A stretch of 51,982 nt of DNA from Deltaproteobacteria bacterium (GTDB lineage: Bacteria > Myxococcota_A > UBA796 > SXON01), in contig VGRQ01000001.1 of the NCBI GenBank assembly GCA_016875315.1, positions 1 through 51,982 of the forward strand. The letters are read 5' to 3'. Shown here piece by piece: positions 10,578 to 19,258 of the stretch. A program made the translations under genes and the position numbers. The notes under the pieces were generated by a model. It had not been told where the DNA came from, did no database searches, and saw nothing but the letters and a program-made list of their open reading frames with translations. Positions within the stretch are counted from its first letter, which is position 1. Every line of letters starts with the position of its first letter.

Positions 10578-11962
10578 TGGTCGAGCTTGCTTATCTCGCC
10601 GCCGCCGTGTGTTTCGTCCTGTCGCTCGGCGGGCTCAGCGCCCCGTCCACGGCGCGCCGCGGCAACACGCTGGGCATCGTCGGCATGGCGATCGCGCTCG
10701 TCGCCACCCTGCCGGCCACCCAGAGCCTCGCCGCCTTCGCGGGCGCGCTGGTGGTGGGCGGCACCATCGGCGCGGTGCTCGCCAAGCGCGTGGCGATGAC
10801 GGCGATGCCCGAGCTGGTGGCCATCCTCCACAGCTTCGTGGGCCTCGCCGCCGTGCTCGTGGGCGTGGCCGGCTACCTCGCCCATCCCCACGGCGAGCTC
10901 GACGCGCTGCGGGTGATCCACCTCGTTGAGTGTTTCCTCGGCGTGATCATCGGCTCGCTCACCTTCACCGGCTCGGTGATCGCCTTCGGCAAGCTCAAGG
11001 AGCTCATCAAGAGCAAGCCCCTGGTGTTCCCCTTCCGGCACGGTGTCAACGCGCTCCTGGCGTTACTGACACTCGCCTGCCTTGGCTGGTTCGTCGTGGC
11101 CCAGGCCGGACTGCCGCTGTACCTGGCGATGGTCCTCTTCGGCGTTCTCGGCGTGCTCCTCGTCATGGGCATCGGCGGCGCCGACATGCCGGTGGTGGTG
11201 TCGATGCTCAACAGCTACTCGGGCTGGGCGGCGTCGGCCACGGGCTTCTTGCTCGGCAACGACCTGCTCATCATCGTGGGCGCGCTCGTGGGCAGCTCGG
11301 GTGCCATCCTCAGCTACATCATGTGCAAGGCGATGAACCGCAGCTTCGTGTCCGTCATCCTCGGTGGCTTCGGCGCCGAGGCCAGCGGGCCCGACGATCG
11401 CGCCGAGGCCTTCTCGAAGAAGGGTGTCAACCGGGCCGGCCCGGAGGACGTGGCCGAGATGCTCAAGTCGGCGCGCAGTGTCATCATCGTCCCCGGCTAC
11501 GGCATGGCGGTGGCGCAGGCGCAGCACGCGGTCCGCGAGATGACCGAGTTGATGCAGAAGAATGGGACGACGGTGCGCTTCGCCATCCACCCGGTGGCCG
11601 GGCGGCTGCCCGGTCACATGAACGTGTTGCTCGCCGAGGCCAACATCCCGTACCCCATCGTGCTGGAGATGGACGAGATCAACCCCGACATGGTGGAAAC
11701 CGACATCGTGCTGGTGCTCGGGGCCAACGACATCGTCAACCCCGACGCCCTGGAGAACCCCAAGTCAGCGCTGGCCGGGATGCCGGTCTTGGAAGTGTGG
11801 AAGGCGCAGACAGTGGTGGCGGTGAAACGCTCGCTCAACCCGGGATTCGCGGGGATCGACAACCCCCTGTACTACCGCGACAACACGCTGATGTTGTTTG
11901 GCGACGCGCGCAAGATGGTCGACTCGCTGGTGGCCCAGCTCAAGGGGACAGTCAGCCACTAG
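10577..11962 (+). CDS. pntB: NAD(P) transhydrogenase subunit beta
   Basis: ATG at 10577 overlaps the pntAB TGA by 1 nt. The protein starts [21 protein letters not shown]... The C-terminal dIII region reads [21 protein letters not shown]...[21 protein letters not shown]...GANDIVNP. Confidence 0.9.
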   Translation: MVELAYLAAAVCFVLSLGGLSAPSTARRGNTLGIVGMAIALVATLPATQSLAAFAGALVVGGTIGAVLAKRVAMTAMPELVAILHSFVGLAAVLVGVAGYLAHPHGELDALRVIHLVECFLGVIIGSLTFTGSVIAFGKLKELIKSKPLVFPFRHGVNALLALLTLACLGWFVVAQAGLPLYLAMVLFGVLGVLLVMGIGGADMPVVVSMLNSYSGWAASATGFLLGNDLLIIVGALVGSSGAILSYIMCKAMNRSFVSVILGGFGAEASGPDDRAEAFSKKGVNRAGPEDVAEMLKSARSVIIVPGYGMAVAQAQHAVREMTELMQKNGTTVRFAIHPVAGRLPGHMNVLLAEANIPYPIVLEMDEINPDMVETDIVLVLGANDIVNPDALENPKSALAGMPVLEVWKAQTVVAVKRSLNPGFAGIDNPLYYRDNTLMLFGDARKMVDSLVAQLKGTVSH

Positions 11963-12551
11963 CCCGAGTGATCTCCACGCCCTCGTAGATGGCGTCGAGA
12001 TCCAGCACCACCTCCACCCCAGCCAGGCCGATTCGCCCGCCGGCGTCGACGGGGCGCAGCGTCCAGGTGCCGTCGTCGTTGCGGGTGAAGTGATCGACGT
12101 GGTTGCGCCCGGTGGTCACGAGCAGGAAGTCGCGGAGCGAGGGGAAGGTGCGGTAGTGCTCGAACTTCTGGCCCCGGTCGTAGGCCTCGGTGCTGGGGCT
12201 CAGCACCTCGACGATCACCGTGGGGTTGGTGGCGGCGTCGGGGTCCTCGGGGTGGGGTCGCATGGGGCCGCAGATGACGACGGCGTCGGCGTAGGTGGCG
12301 AGCCCGGTCGTCTCGCTGCGAAGGCGCTGGTTCGACTCGAAGGGGCGGCAGGGGCCGCCGCGGAGCGCAGCGCGGAGCTCGGCGCCCACGGCCAGCGACA
12401 GGTACGAGTGCTCCGGCGTGCCCCCGGCCATCGCCAGGACGTGACCGTCGTACCACTCGTGCTTCTCGGTCGCGATGGCCTCCTTCGCGAGGTACTCGGC
12501 GTAGGTGACATACTTGTGGGCGAGCGCGGCGGCGGGCATCGACACAACCAT
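11952..12551 (-). CDS. Uma2 (DUF820) family PD-(D/E)XK-type endonuclease
   Basis: 199 aa. ...[33 protein letters not shown]... ADAVVICG...[12 protein letters not shown]...[21 protein letters not shown] matches the Uma2 pattern (D...E-V-L-S-P-S core). It starts 9 nt after the upstream DUF2779 gene ends. Confidence 0.75.
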   Translation of the reverse strand: MVVSMPAAALAHKYVTYAEYLAKEAIATEKHEWYDGHVLAMAGGTPEHSYLSLAVGAELRAALRGGPCRPFESNQRLRSETTGLATYADAVVICGPMRPHPEDPDAATNPTVIVEVLSPSTEAYDRGQKFEHYRTFPSLRDFLLVTTGRNHVDHFTRNDDGTWTLRPVDAGGRIGLAGVEVVLDLDAIYEGVEITRASG

Positions 12552-12560
12552 AGCACGCCC

Positions 12561-14036
12561 CTAGCCCCCGCTGGTGATCCCCCCCCGTCGCATCAGCGCC
12601 TCGCGCACCTTCACCATCGCGAGGGAATCACGCGCGCAGTACGCGAGGAGGTGGGTCTCCAGGCGCTCGCGCTCCTCGCGGCTGGTCCGAGCGTCCACCA
12701 TCCGGAGCCAGGCCCGAGCGGCGGTGAACCCGTCGGCGATGGCGAGGTCGCCGTAGCCCAGGTCGGGACAGGCCGCGCCGAGCACCGCCTTCATGCTGAA
12801 ACTGCCGCGAAGTTCGGGATGGTAGTAGTGGTGGCGCAGGATGGGTTGGAAGTCGACAATGCGGTCATGCACCTGGTCCAGGTCGCCCCACATCTCGGGA
12901 AAACGCGCGGCGAGTTGGCGGACGATAGCTGCCTCGAAGGCACCATATACGATGATGGAACCCTCGCTGCCACACGCGGCCACGAGCGAACGCGCGAACG
13001 CGGGGCGGGGATCGGTGTCGTCGACATGCAGGAACTCGGCGTGTGACAGCTTCCCGCCGGGCACGAGGGTGTGGATCGACCACTGGGTGGGGATCTGCTC
13101 GAAGGGCCGCGACCCGGGCCAGCGGGGCACCGCTGGATTGCAAGCCTCAAAATCTACGAATCGCAGCGGCCATGCGAGGCGACCCAGCGCGGGCGCGAGT
13201 CCCTGGCCGACGTATTCCTTGCCCTCGGTTATCGCCCACGCCGCGTGCTGCTGCGTGGGGTTCATCCGGATCTCGCTCGGGATCTTCCTCACGTCGTGGA
13301 TGCCCCGGGCGAGGAGCTCCTGGTGGAGCCGACCGCCGCCGGGCAGGAGCTGTACGCTGTAGGGCCCGGGCGCGGCGATGCAGTGGTCCTGGAACGGGCA
13401 GGCGCGCGGGGAGTGGCACTGCGGGCCGGGCGCCACCTCGGGCTCGGTGCGCGCTGCGGCCGCGCGGACGAGGCGGTCGCGGTCCTCGGCAAAGTCGACG
13501 GGGTCGACCTCGCTCGAGACGAACAGTTGCGCCGGATCGACGGGGCCGTCGCCCCGCGTGTAGTCGCGATCGAGGTGAAACAGCCGCAAGCCGGTGACGG
13601 CCACGCCCGCGCCGGCGGCCACCCACCCCACCGCCGCCACGTCGAGCTCCTGGGCGAGGCCCACCGTGTTGGCCACCTTCGACTCGGCGACCATCCATCC
13701 CTTCCCGTCGCGCACCAGGATGCTGGCGCGCACGGCCACGTCGTCGGCCACGAAGGTGGCGTCGAAGAGGGCGGGCACAGCCTGCGCCATCGCCGCGCGG
13801 GTTCGACTCGCCCGGTCGGTCCAGGTGCCCGCCTGCGAGATGGCCACGCCCCCCGGGTAGAGGGCCCGCGCCAGCGCGCGTACCTCGTCGATGTCCTCCG
13901 GCCGGGGCCCGCCCACGCCCTTGACCGGCAGCTCGATGGTGGCCGTCTGGGCGGTGGGGCGGGGGCTCAGGTGCAGCCACGCCCGTCGCTCGCACTGGGC
14001 GGCGGCGAGGAGCTCGGATCGCGAGAAGGGCGGCAC
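12561..14036 (-). CDS. DUF2779 domain protein (N-terminal nuclease-like region plus DEDD-like exonuclease-like C-terminal region)
   Basis: Track ORF 12561..14285. I place the start at the GTG at 14036 (VPPFSRSELLAAAQCERRAWL...), matching the usual DUF2779 N-terminus. An ATG at 14108 is an alternative. The characteristic segment is LRFVDFEACNPAVPRWPGSRPFEQIPTQWSIH, followed by IVYGAFEAAIVRQL and AYCARDSLAM. Confidence 0.65.
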   Translation of the reverse strand: MPPFSRSELLAAAQCERRAWLHLSPRPTAQTATIELPVKGVGGPRPEDIDEVRALARALYPGGVAISQAGTWTDRASRTRAAMAQAVPALFDATFVADDVAVRASILVRDGKGWMVAESKVANTVGLAQELDVAAVGWVAAGAGVAVTGLRLFHLDRDYTRGDGPVDPAQLFVSSEVDPVDFAEDRDRLVRAAAARTEPEVAPGPQCHSPRACPFQDHCIAAPGPYSVQLLPGGGRLHQELLARGIHDVRKIPSEIRMNPTQQHAAWAITEGKEYVGQGLAPALGRLAWPLRFVDFEACNPAVPRWPGSRPFEQIPTQWSIHTLVPGGKLSHAEFLHVDDTDPRPAFARSLVAACGSEGSIIVYGAFEAAIVRQLAARFPEMWGDLDQVHDRIVDFQPILRHHYYHPELRGSFSMKAVLGAACPDLGYGDLAIADGFTAARAWLRMVDARTSREERERLETHLLAYCARDSLAMVKVREALMRRGGITSGG

Positions 14037-14094
14037 GGGGCGGGCGGTATCCCGGCCGCTGGATACCGGGGCGGCCCACCCCCGCGGAGCGCCC

Positions 14095-15993
14095 TTGCCC
14101 GACCCCATTCTTGTCCTCGGCGCCCCGCGCAGCGGCACCACGCTCCTGCGCGTGATGCTGGCGGGACATCCCGAGTTGTTCTCGCCGCCCGAGATGGTGA
14201 TCGCGCCGTTCGCCACGATGGCGGAGCGCCGGAAGAAGCTCGACGAGCGCTTCTGGGAGAAGGGCGGCCTGCGCCGGGCGATCATGGAGCTTCAGGCCTG
14301 CGGCGTGGACGAGGCGAAGGCGGTGGAAGCGTCGCTGGAGGAACGCACCGTTCCCGAGGTGTACGCCTGGATCCAGGCCCAGCTCGGCGAGCGGGTGCTG
14401 GTGGACAAGTGTCCCCACCTCTCCGCCGATCCGGCGGCGCTGTCGCGACTGGCGCGCTGGTTCCCGGCGGCGCGCTGGGTGTGGATCGTGCGCCACCCCG
14501 GGAGCGTCACCCGGAGCATCGAGAACATGCCCATGGCGGAGGTGATGCTCCAGGGCTACGCGCCCGACGCGCGCGACATCTGGTACTTCGCCAACCGGAC
14601 CATCCAGAGCTTCCTCGGTGATATTCCCGAGGGACGCAAGGCGACCATCCGCTACGAGGACATGGTGGGCGACGGTCGCAAGGCGATGCATGTCCTCTGT
14701 CGCGACATCGGACTCACATTCCACGAGGCGTTGCTCACGCCCTACGAGGGCGACCGGATGCGGGAGGGCCCCTCGGGGGCGCGAGCGGTCGGCGATCCGA
14801 ACCTGGCTGGCCACGGCAAGGTCGACCCGTCGCTCGCCACGAAGTGGCTGGAAGGCTTCGACCCGTCGAGCGTCTCGCCCGACACGCATCGCCTCGCGCG
14901 CGAGCTTGGCTACGACCTCGGCGCGCTGGCGGCGCCGCCCATGGCCAGCGTCAGCTCGGCGATGGCGGCCCTGTTCGACAGCGCCCGCAAGCTCGAGTCC
15001 GACATGCGCATGCCCAGCGATCTCGACGCGGTGGAAGGGCGGCGTTTCCTGTTGCGCATGCTCTCCATGAGCGTGGACCTGATGGTGGAGCAGGGCGACC
15101 CAGACCGTCCCCAGTTCCACCACGCCGAGGGCCCAACCCGCAAGATGTTCGCCGACAACCCCGATGCTGACTACTGGCGGGCCCCGGTGCGGCTCGGCGA
15201 CGGACGTCGTTACCGGGTGTCAGGAACCGTCCCGGCCGGCACCACCTACATCGGCATCCTCTACTACCGGAAGGGCGGCGTGGTGGGCCGCTACATGCCC
15301 GATCGCGAGTTCGTCAAAGACGGGCGCTTCGAGCTGATTCTCTCCGCTGGCGAGGGGGCCGACTTCCGCGGCGAGGGCGACGAGACGGCGGTGATGGTGC
15401 GGCAGTACTTCGCGGATCGCGCCGTCGAGGCGCCGATCGACCTGCACATCGAGTTCCTGGGCCACGCCTCTCCGTCGGCACTCGAACCTCGCGACCTCGC
15501 CCGCGACCTCGACCGCGCCCGTCGCAACCTCGAGGCCGTGTTTGCCCGCACCCTCGGCACCTGGCAGATGGCCCGCGTGGGCCTGCTCAACCGCTTCGTG
15601 CAGCTCGACGGCGCGGCGCTCTTCCCCACCCCCGACAACACCTACCTCGCCTGCTGGTACCGCTTCGGGCGAGACCAGGTGATGTACATCCGAGGGAAAG
15701 CACCGGGGGCCCGCTACTGGAGCTACTGCCTCTACAACGTGTGGATGGAGTCGGGGGACTACCGGCACGCGCGCGTGTCGCTCAACCACGCGCAGGTGAC
15801 ACTCGATGGCGACCGCTACGAGATCTGCCTCGCCCACCGCGACCCGGGGCACCCCAACTGGATCGACACCACCGGGCACCTCGCCGGCTACGTGCTGTTG
15901 CGATGCCTCTTGCCCGAGGGCGACATCGAGGTGCCCACCATCGAGGTGAAGTACGAGGCCGAGATCAGTAGGAGTACACCAGCCACGAGGTGA
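14095..15993 (+). CDS. fusion protein: N-terminal sulfotransferase domain plus C-terminal DUF1214-like domain(s)
   Basis: Track ORF 13891..15993. The start is uncertain; I propose the TTG at 14095, just before PDPILVLGAPRSGTTLLRVML (5'-PSB PAPS loop). IVRHPGSVTRS fits the 3'-PB motif. The C-terminal half has ADNPDADYW...GTVPAGTTYIGILYY and PTPDNTYLACWY...GKAPGARYWSYCLYN, which resemble DUF1214 signatures. Confidence 0.6.
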   Translation: MPDPILVLGAPRSGTTLLRVMLAGHPELFSPPEMVIAPFATMAERRKKLDERFWEKGGLRRAIMELQACGVDEAKAVEASLEERTVPEVYAWIQAQLGERVLVDKCPHLSADPAALSRLARWFPAARWVWIVRHPGSVTRSIENMPMAEVMLQGYAPDARDIWYFANRTIQSFLGDIPEGRKATIRYEDMVGDGRKAMHVLCRDIGLTFHEALLTPYEGDRMREGPSGARAVGDPNLAGHGKVDPSLATKWLEGFDPSSVSPDTHRLARELGYDLGALAAPPMASVSSAMAALFDSARKLESDMRMPSDLDAVEGRRFLLRMLSMSVDLMVEQGDPDRPQFHHAEGPTRKMFADNPDADYWRAPVRLGDGRRYRVSGTVPAGTTYIGILYYRKGGVVGRYMPDREFVKDGRFELILSAGEGADFRGEGDETAVMVRQYFADRAVEAPIDLHIEFLGHASPSALEPRDLARDLDRARRNLEAVFARTLGTWQMARVGLLNRFVQLDGAALFPTPDNTYLACWYRFGRDQVMYIRGKAPGARYWSYCLYNVWMESGDYRHARVSLNHAQVTLDGDRYEICLAHRDPGHPNWIDTTGHLAGYVLLRCLLPEGDIEVPTIEVKYEAEISRSTPATR

Positions 15994-17569
15994 GCAGCAG
16001 GTTGCCGCCGCCGCCCTCGTAGAGCTCGCCCTCCCAGAAGGCCTCGTAGTCGAAGCTGTTGGTGCCGCCGATGGTCACCTCGGGGGTGATGTCGACGAGC
16101 ACGTGCTCCACCTCCTTGCCGGGGCACCAGCCGTTCCGGCCGTACCACCACGTGCCGTACTGGTTGGGCACGGTGCCGTCGTTGACCTGCTCCATGCAGC
16201 CGTAGGTGCTGCCCGCGATCGGAAACTCCACCACGTGCTCAGTGCCGTTGACGTAGAAGTGATGGTCGAAGTTGCAGAACTCTGCGCAGGCCTGGTTGCC
16301 CTCCTGCCCATGCCCGCTGAAGCTGATGGCGATCTCGACCCGGGTGGCGGTGGCCGGGATGTCGATCTCCACCGGGTCGCGCTCGTTGTAGGTGGCGCTG
16401 GTGTAGCCGCCGCTGATGAAGGTCTGCAGCTCCTGCGGCCGGACGTCCTTGCCCTGGTTGGACAATCGAAGGTCGAGTGACACCTCGTAGGGCTGCTGGG
16501 TGTAGTAGGCGAAGGTGAAGTTGCCGCCGGCGTTGAAGTACGGCAGCAGCGACGACACGTCGTGTACCCACCGTCCCTCGCGGTGGTAGGTCGTGATGTA
16601 GCGACCGAGCTCCACGCAGTTGGACTGGTCGGCATCGCACACCAGCAGCCAGTTGATGTAGTCCCACGCGGGGCAGGTGCCGTACTCCCCGTCGCCCACG
16701 CACCCGAGGTAGTGATCGAGTGTCAGGGTGTCGAAGGTCTGCATCGTGGCCGCGTCGGGCAGGGTGACGGTGACGTAGTCCATCTCGCCGGCCCAGCCGG
16801 GGTCGCTCACCTCCTGGCCGGTGAACACCGGGACCACCGTGGCGCCCTCGGCCTCGAGCGCCATCTCGCGGGTGGCCTCGAAGTTGTAGAACACCGCCTC
16901 GTTGGCGGCCATGGAGATGTCGGGCTCGAACCAGCCGTAGCTGCTGTTGTAGCGCTCGGGGTTGGCGAAGCTGCCGATGTAGCGGAGCCGCTGGAAACGA
17001 TCGATGCCCACGCCCCAGTTGGGGCTGCGCATGTTGTCGGTGAGCCAGCCGCCGGCGTCGCGGTAGTCGCTGGTGACGCGCAGGATGTGGGCTTCCCAGT
17101 GGGCGCGATCCTCGTCGGACAGGTCTTCCAGGAAGTTCTCGATGCCGCTGTCGAGCAGCGCCAGCTCGGCGAGGCGGTCGGCCTCGTCTTTCTCCGACGA
17201 GATGAAGATGACATAGGTGTTGCGGGGCAGGGCCTCGAAGAGACCCTTGGTGTCACGCTTGTTGTCCCAGAGGTGGTCGGGCCAGCCGGTGGCCTGGTCG
17301 GGCTGGGAGGGGATGATCAATACCGTGTCGCAACCGGTCCAGTGCTCGGACAGGGTCCACCCACCCTCGGCGGTCTGGATCGTGAAGTCGGTGACGGTGG
17401 CGTAGAGCGCGTCGCTCTCCTCGGCCTCCACCCAGGGCACCACCGGGGTGCCGTCGTCGCAGGTGGTCGCGGGCGGGCTGCCGGTATCGCTGGTGTCGGG
17501 GACGCCGGTGGCCTCGGTGTCGCCCGTGTCGCTGGCGTCGGGACAGGCAAGGAGGAGGGACAGGAGCAC
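15965..17569 (-). CDS. lipoprotein with a PNGase F-like (peptide-N-glycosidase F family) C-terminal region
   Basis: 534 aa. Lipobox MLLSLLLAC followed by an acidic DTGDTE linker. The C-terminal part ...NQACAEFCNFDHHFYVNGTEH...WWYGRNGWCPGKEV... recalls the conserved AEFC...H and GWCPG segments of PNGase F-type domains. Recognised from memory, not verified. Confidence 0.55.
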   Translation of the reverse strand: MLLSLLLACPDASDTGDTEATGVPDTSDTGSPPATTCDDGTPVVPWVEAEESDALYATVTDFTIQTAEGGWTLSEHWTGCDTVLIIPSQPDQATGWPDHLWDNKRDTKGLFEALPRNTYVIFISSEKDEADRLAELALLDSGIENFLEDLSDEDRAHWEAHILRVTSDYRDAGGWLTDNMRSPNWGVGIDRFQRLRYIGSFANPERYNSSYGWFEPDISMAANEAVFYNFEATREMALEAEGATVVPVFTGQEVSDPGWAGEMDYVTVTLPDAATMQTFDTLTLDHYLGCVGDGEYGTCPAWDYINWLLVCDADQSNCVELGRYITTYHREGRWVHDVSSLLPYFNAGGNFTFAYYTQQPYEVSLDLRLSNQGKDVRPQELQTFISGGYTSATYNERDPVEIDIPATATRVEIAISFSGHGQEGNQACAEFCNFDHHFYVNGTEHVVEFPIAGSTYGCMEQVNDGTVPNQYGTWWYGRNGWCPGKEVEHVLVDITPEVTIGGTNSFDYEAFWEGELYEGGGGNLLLTSWLVYSY

Positions 17570-17586
17570 GGGCGCCTCGCGGGGGC

Positions 17587-18816
17587 GTGGAGGGTAGCAC
17601 AGGCGTTCGCGCCGTCGCTGGTGGGGTTAGCGTCGTTGCCATGCTCCTCGGCCTGTCCCTCGTTTTCGCGGCCGAACGGCCCGTGGTGTACGGCTACCAC
17701 GCATACTGGACCGACGACCCGGTCACCCTCGACTTCGACTCGCTCACTCACGTGTCGATCTTCAACGTCGACGTGGAAACCGACGGCACCGTCTCGTCCA
17801 CCAGCCGCTGGACCAGCGTGGCCGCCGGCGTGGTGGCTGCCGCGCACGCCCAGGGCGTGAAGGTACACCTGTGCGTCACCGCCTTCGACGACTCGCAGCA
17901 CGACGCCGTCTTCGGTAGCGACACGGTGCGGTCGCGACTGATCGGCGAGCTGGCGGACCTCGTGCGCGACTACGGCGCCGACGGCGTCAACGTCGACTTC
18001 GAGGGCCTCTCCAGCGCCTACCGGGAAGACATGGTCGACTTCGTCATCGACCTGCGCGCCGAGGTGGGGGAGGTGGTGCTGGCCACGCCCGCCGTCGACT
18101 GGTCGGGGGCCTGGGACTACTCGGCGCTCAGCGACGCCTCCGACGGCCTGTTCATCATGGGCTACGGCTACCACTACACCGGCAGCAACCCGGGGCCGAA
18201 CGATCCACTCTACGGCGGCGACCCCTGGAGCGACTACTCGCTGGACTGGTCTGTCGATGACTACCTCGCCCACGACGCCGACCCCGCCAAGGTGATCCTC
18301 GGCCTGCCGCTCTACGGGCAGGCCTGGGAGGCCAACCACGAGGTGCCCGGCAGCGCCTACGAAACCGGCTGGGCGGTCACCATGGTCGAGGCGATGGCCG
18401 AGGCCGAGGTGTACGGCGCCCTGTACGACGACGTCACTCGCTCGCCCTACTACCTGCCCAGCGGCGAGCAGGTGTGGTACCCCGACCACGACAGCGTGCG
18501 CGAGCGGATCGAGTACGCGGTCGACCGAGAGGTCGCCGGGGTCGGTTTTTGGGCGCTCGACTACGAGGGACGCGACCCGGCCTTCTGGGCGATGGTCGAC
18601 GACGCGGCGACGTGGCCGGTGCCGGTGGACGGGGGCGATGACGAGCCCGGGGACGACGGGGGCGGCGCCGACCAGCCCGACGCCCCGGCGCCGGGACAGG
18701 CGACGCTCTCCCGGCCGGAGTCCCCCGCGAGCTGTAGCGCCTTCGCGACACCCCTCGTCGCGCCGCTGGTGCTGGCGGTGCCCCTGGCACGACGTCGGCG
18801 TCGCGGCGCCCGGTAG
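17587..18816 (+). CDS. glycoside hydrolase family 18 protein (chitinase / endo-beta-N-acetylglucosaminidase-like) with a C-terminal sorting-signal-like tail
   Basis: 409 aa from the GTG at 17587; an ATG at 17641 is an alternative. GH18 catalytic strand DGVNVDFEG, with the Glu codon at 18001-18003. The conserved GFWALDYE lies near the end of the barrel. The tail is [29 protein letters not shown]. Confidence 0.75.
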   Translation: MEGSTGVRAVAGGVSVVAMLLGLSLVFAAERPVVYGYHAYWTDDPVTLDFDSLTHVSIFNVDVETDGTVSSTSRWTSVAAGVVAAAHAQGVKVHLCVTAFDDSQHDAVFGSDTVRSRLIGELADLVRDYGADGVNVDFEGLSSAYREDMVDFVIDLRAEVGEVVLATPAVDWSGAWDYSALSDASDGLFIMGYGYHYTGSNPGPNDPLYGGDPWSDYSLDWSVDDYLAHDADPAKVILGLPLYGQAWEANHEVPGSAYETGWAVTMVEAMAEAEVYGALYDDVTRSPYYLPSGEQVWYPDHDSVRERIEYAVDREVAGVGFWALDYEGRDPAFWAMVDDAATWPVPVDGGDDEPGDDGGGADQPDAPAPGQATLSRPESPASCSAFATPLVAPLVLAVPLARRRRRGAR

Positions 18817-18885
18817 CAGAGGTAGATTCCCGGCCGCGGCCGGAGCTGGCATGCGCTTTGCTTTGATGCAGACCGGAGTTGAACC

Positions 18886-19236
18886 ATGATCCTTGTCCTG
18901 TTGCTCGCCTGCGCCCCGGAGGTCACCACTCGCACCCTGGAGGACGAGGGCAGCGTGTGCCTCGACGACGAGGGACAGGTGCAGGTCACCTTCCCCGACT
19001 GCCTGTCGTCGTCGTGCGACACGCTGGTGAGCGCCGAGTGTACCGCCGAGCTGGTCGACGGCGTCCTGGAGGTCCACGCCAAGGCGGTGATCGAGTCGCA
19101 AGGGGAGGTATGCACCACGGACTGCGGGCTGGTGCAGGCCACCTGCGAGATGCCGCTGGTGGAAGACCCCGGCACCGTGCAGTTCAGCTACGGCGGGGAG
19201 CTGACCGACCTCGACGCGGCCTGCGAGGGCGTGTAG
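18886..19236 (+). CDS. small Cys-rich lipoprotein (hypothetical)
   Basis: 116 aa. Lipobox MILVLLLAC, with 8 further Cys in the mature part and an acidic composition. No recognisable family. Confidence 0.5.
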   Translation: MILVLLLACAPEVTTRTLEDEGSVCLDDEGQVQVTFPDCLSSSCDTLVSAECTAELVDGVLEVHAKAVIESQGEVCTTDCGLVQATCEMPLVEDPGTVQFSYGGELTDLDAACEGV

Positions 19237-19258
19237 TCCCCCACGCGGCGCGGGCGTT

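Noticed and set aside
14037-14285. Longer N-terminal extensions of the DUF2779 ORF (starts at 14285 or 14108), and the ATG at 13891 for the sulfotransferase ORF
   Set aside because: These extensions would make the two divergent genes overlap by up to ~400 nt. They add Arg/Ser-rich sequence ahead of the conserved domain starts. The shorter GTG (14036) and TTG (14095) starts fit the domain boundaries. The start sites remain uncertain.
18833-18846. Perfect 14-nt palindrome CCGGCCGCGGCCGG between the GH18 gene and the small lipoprotein gene
   Set aside because: It has no loop and no convincing T-tract, so it is not a good terminator. Short GC palindromes are expected by chance in DNA this GC-rich. 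It is noted only as a possible protein-binding site.
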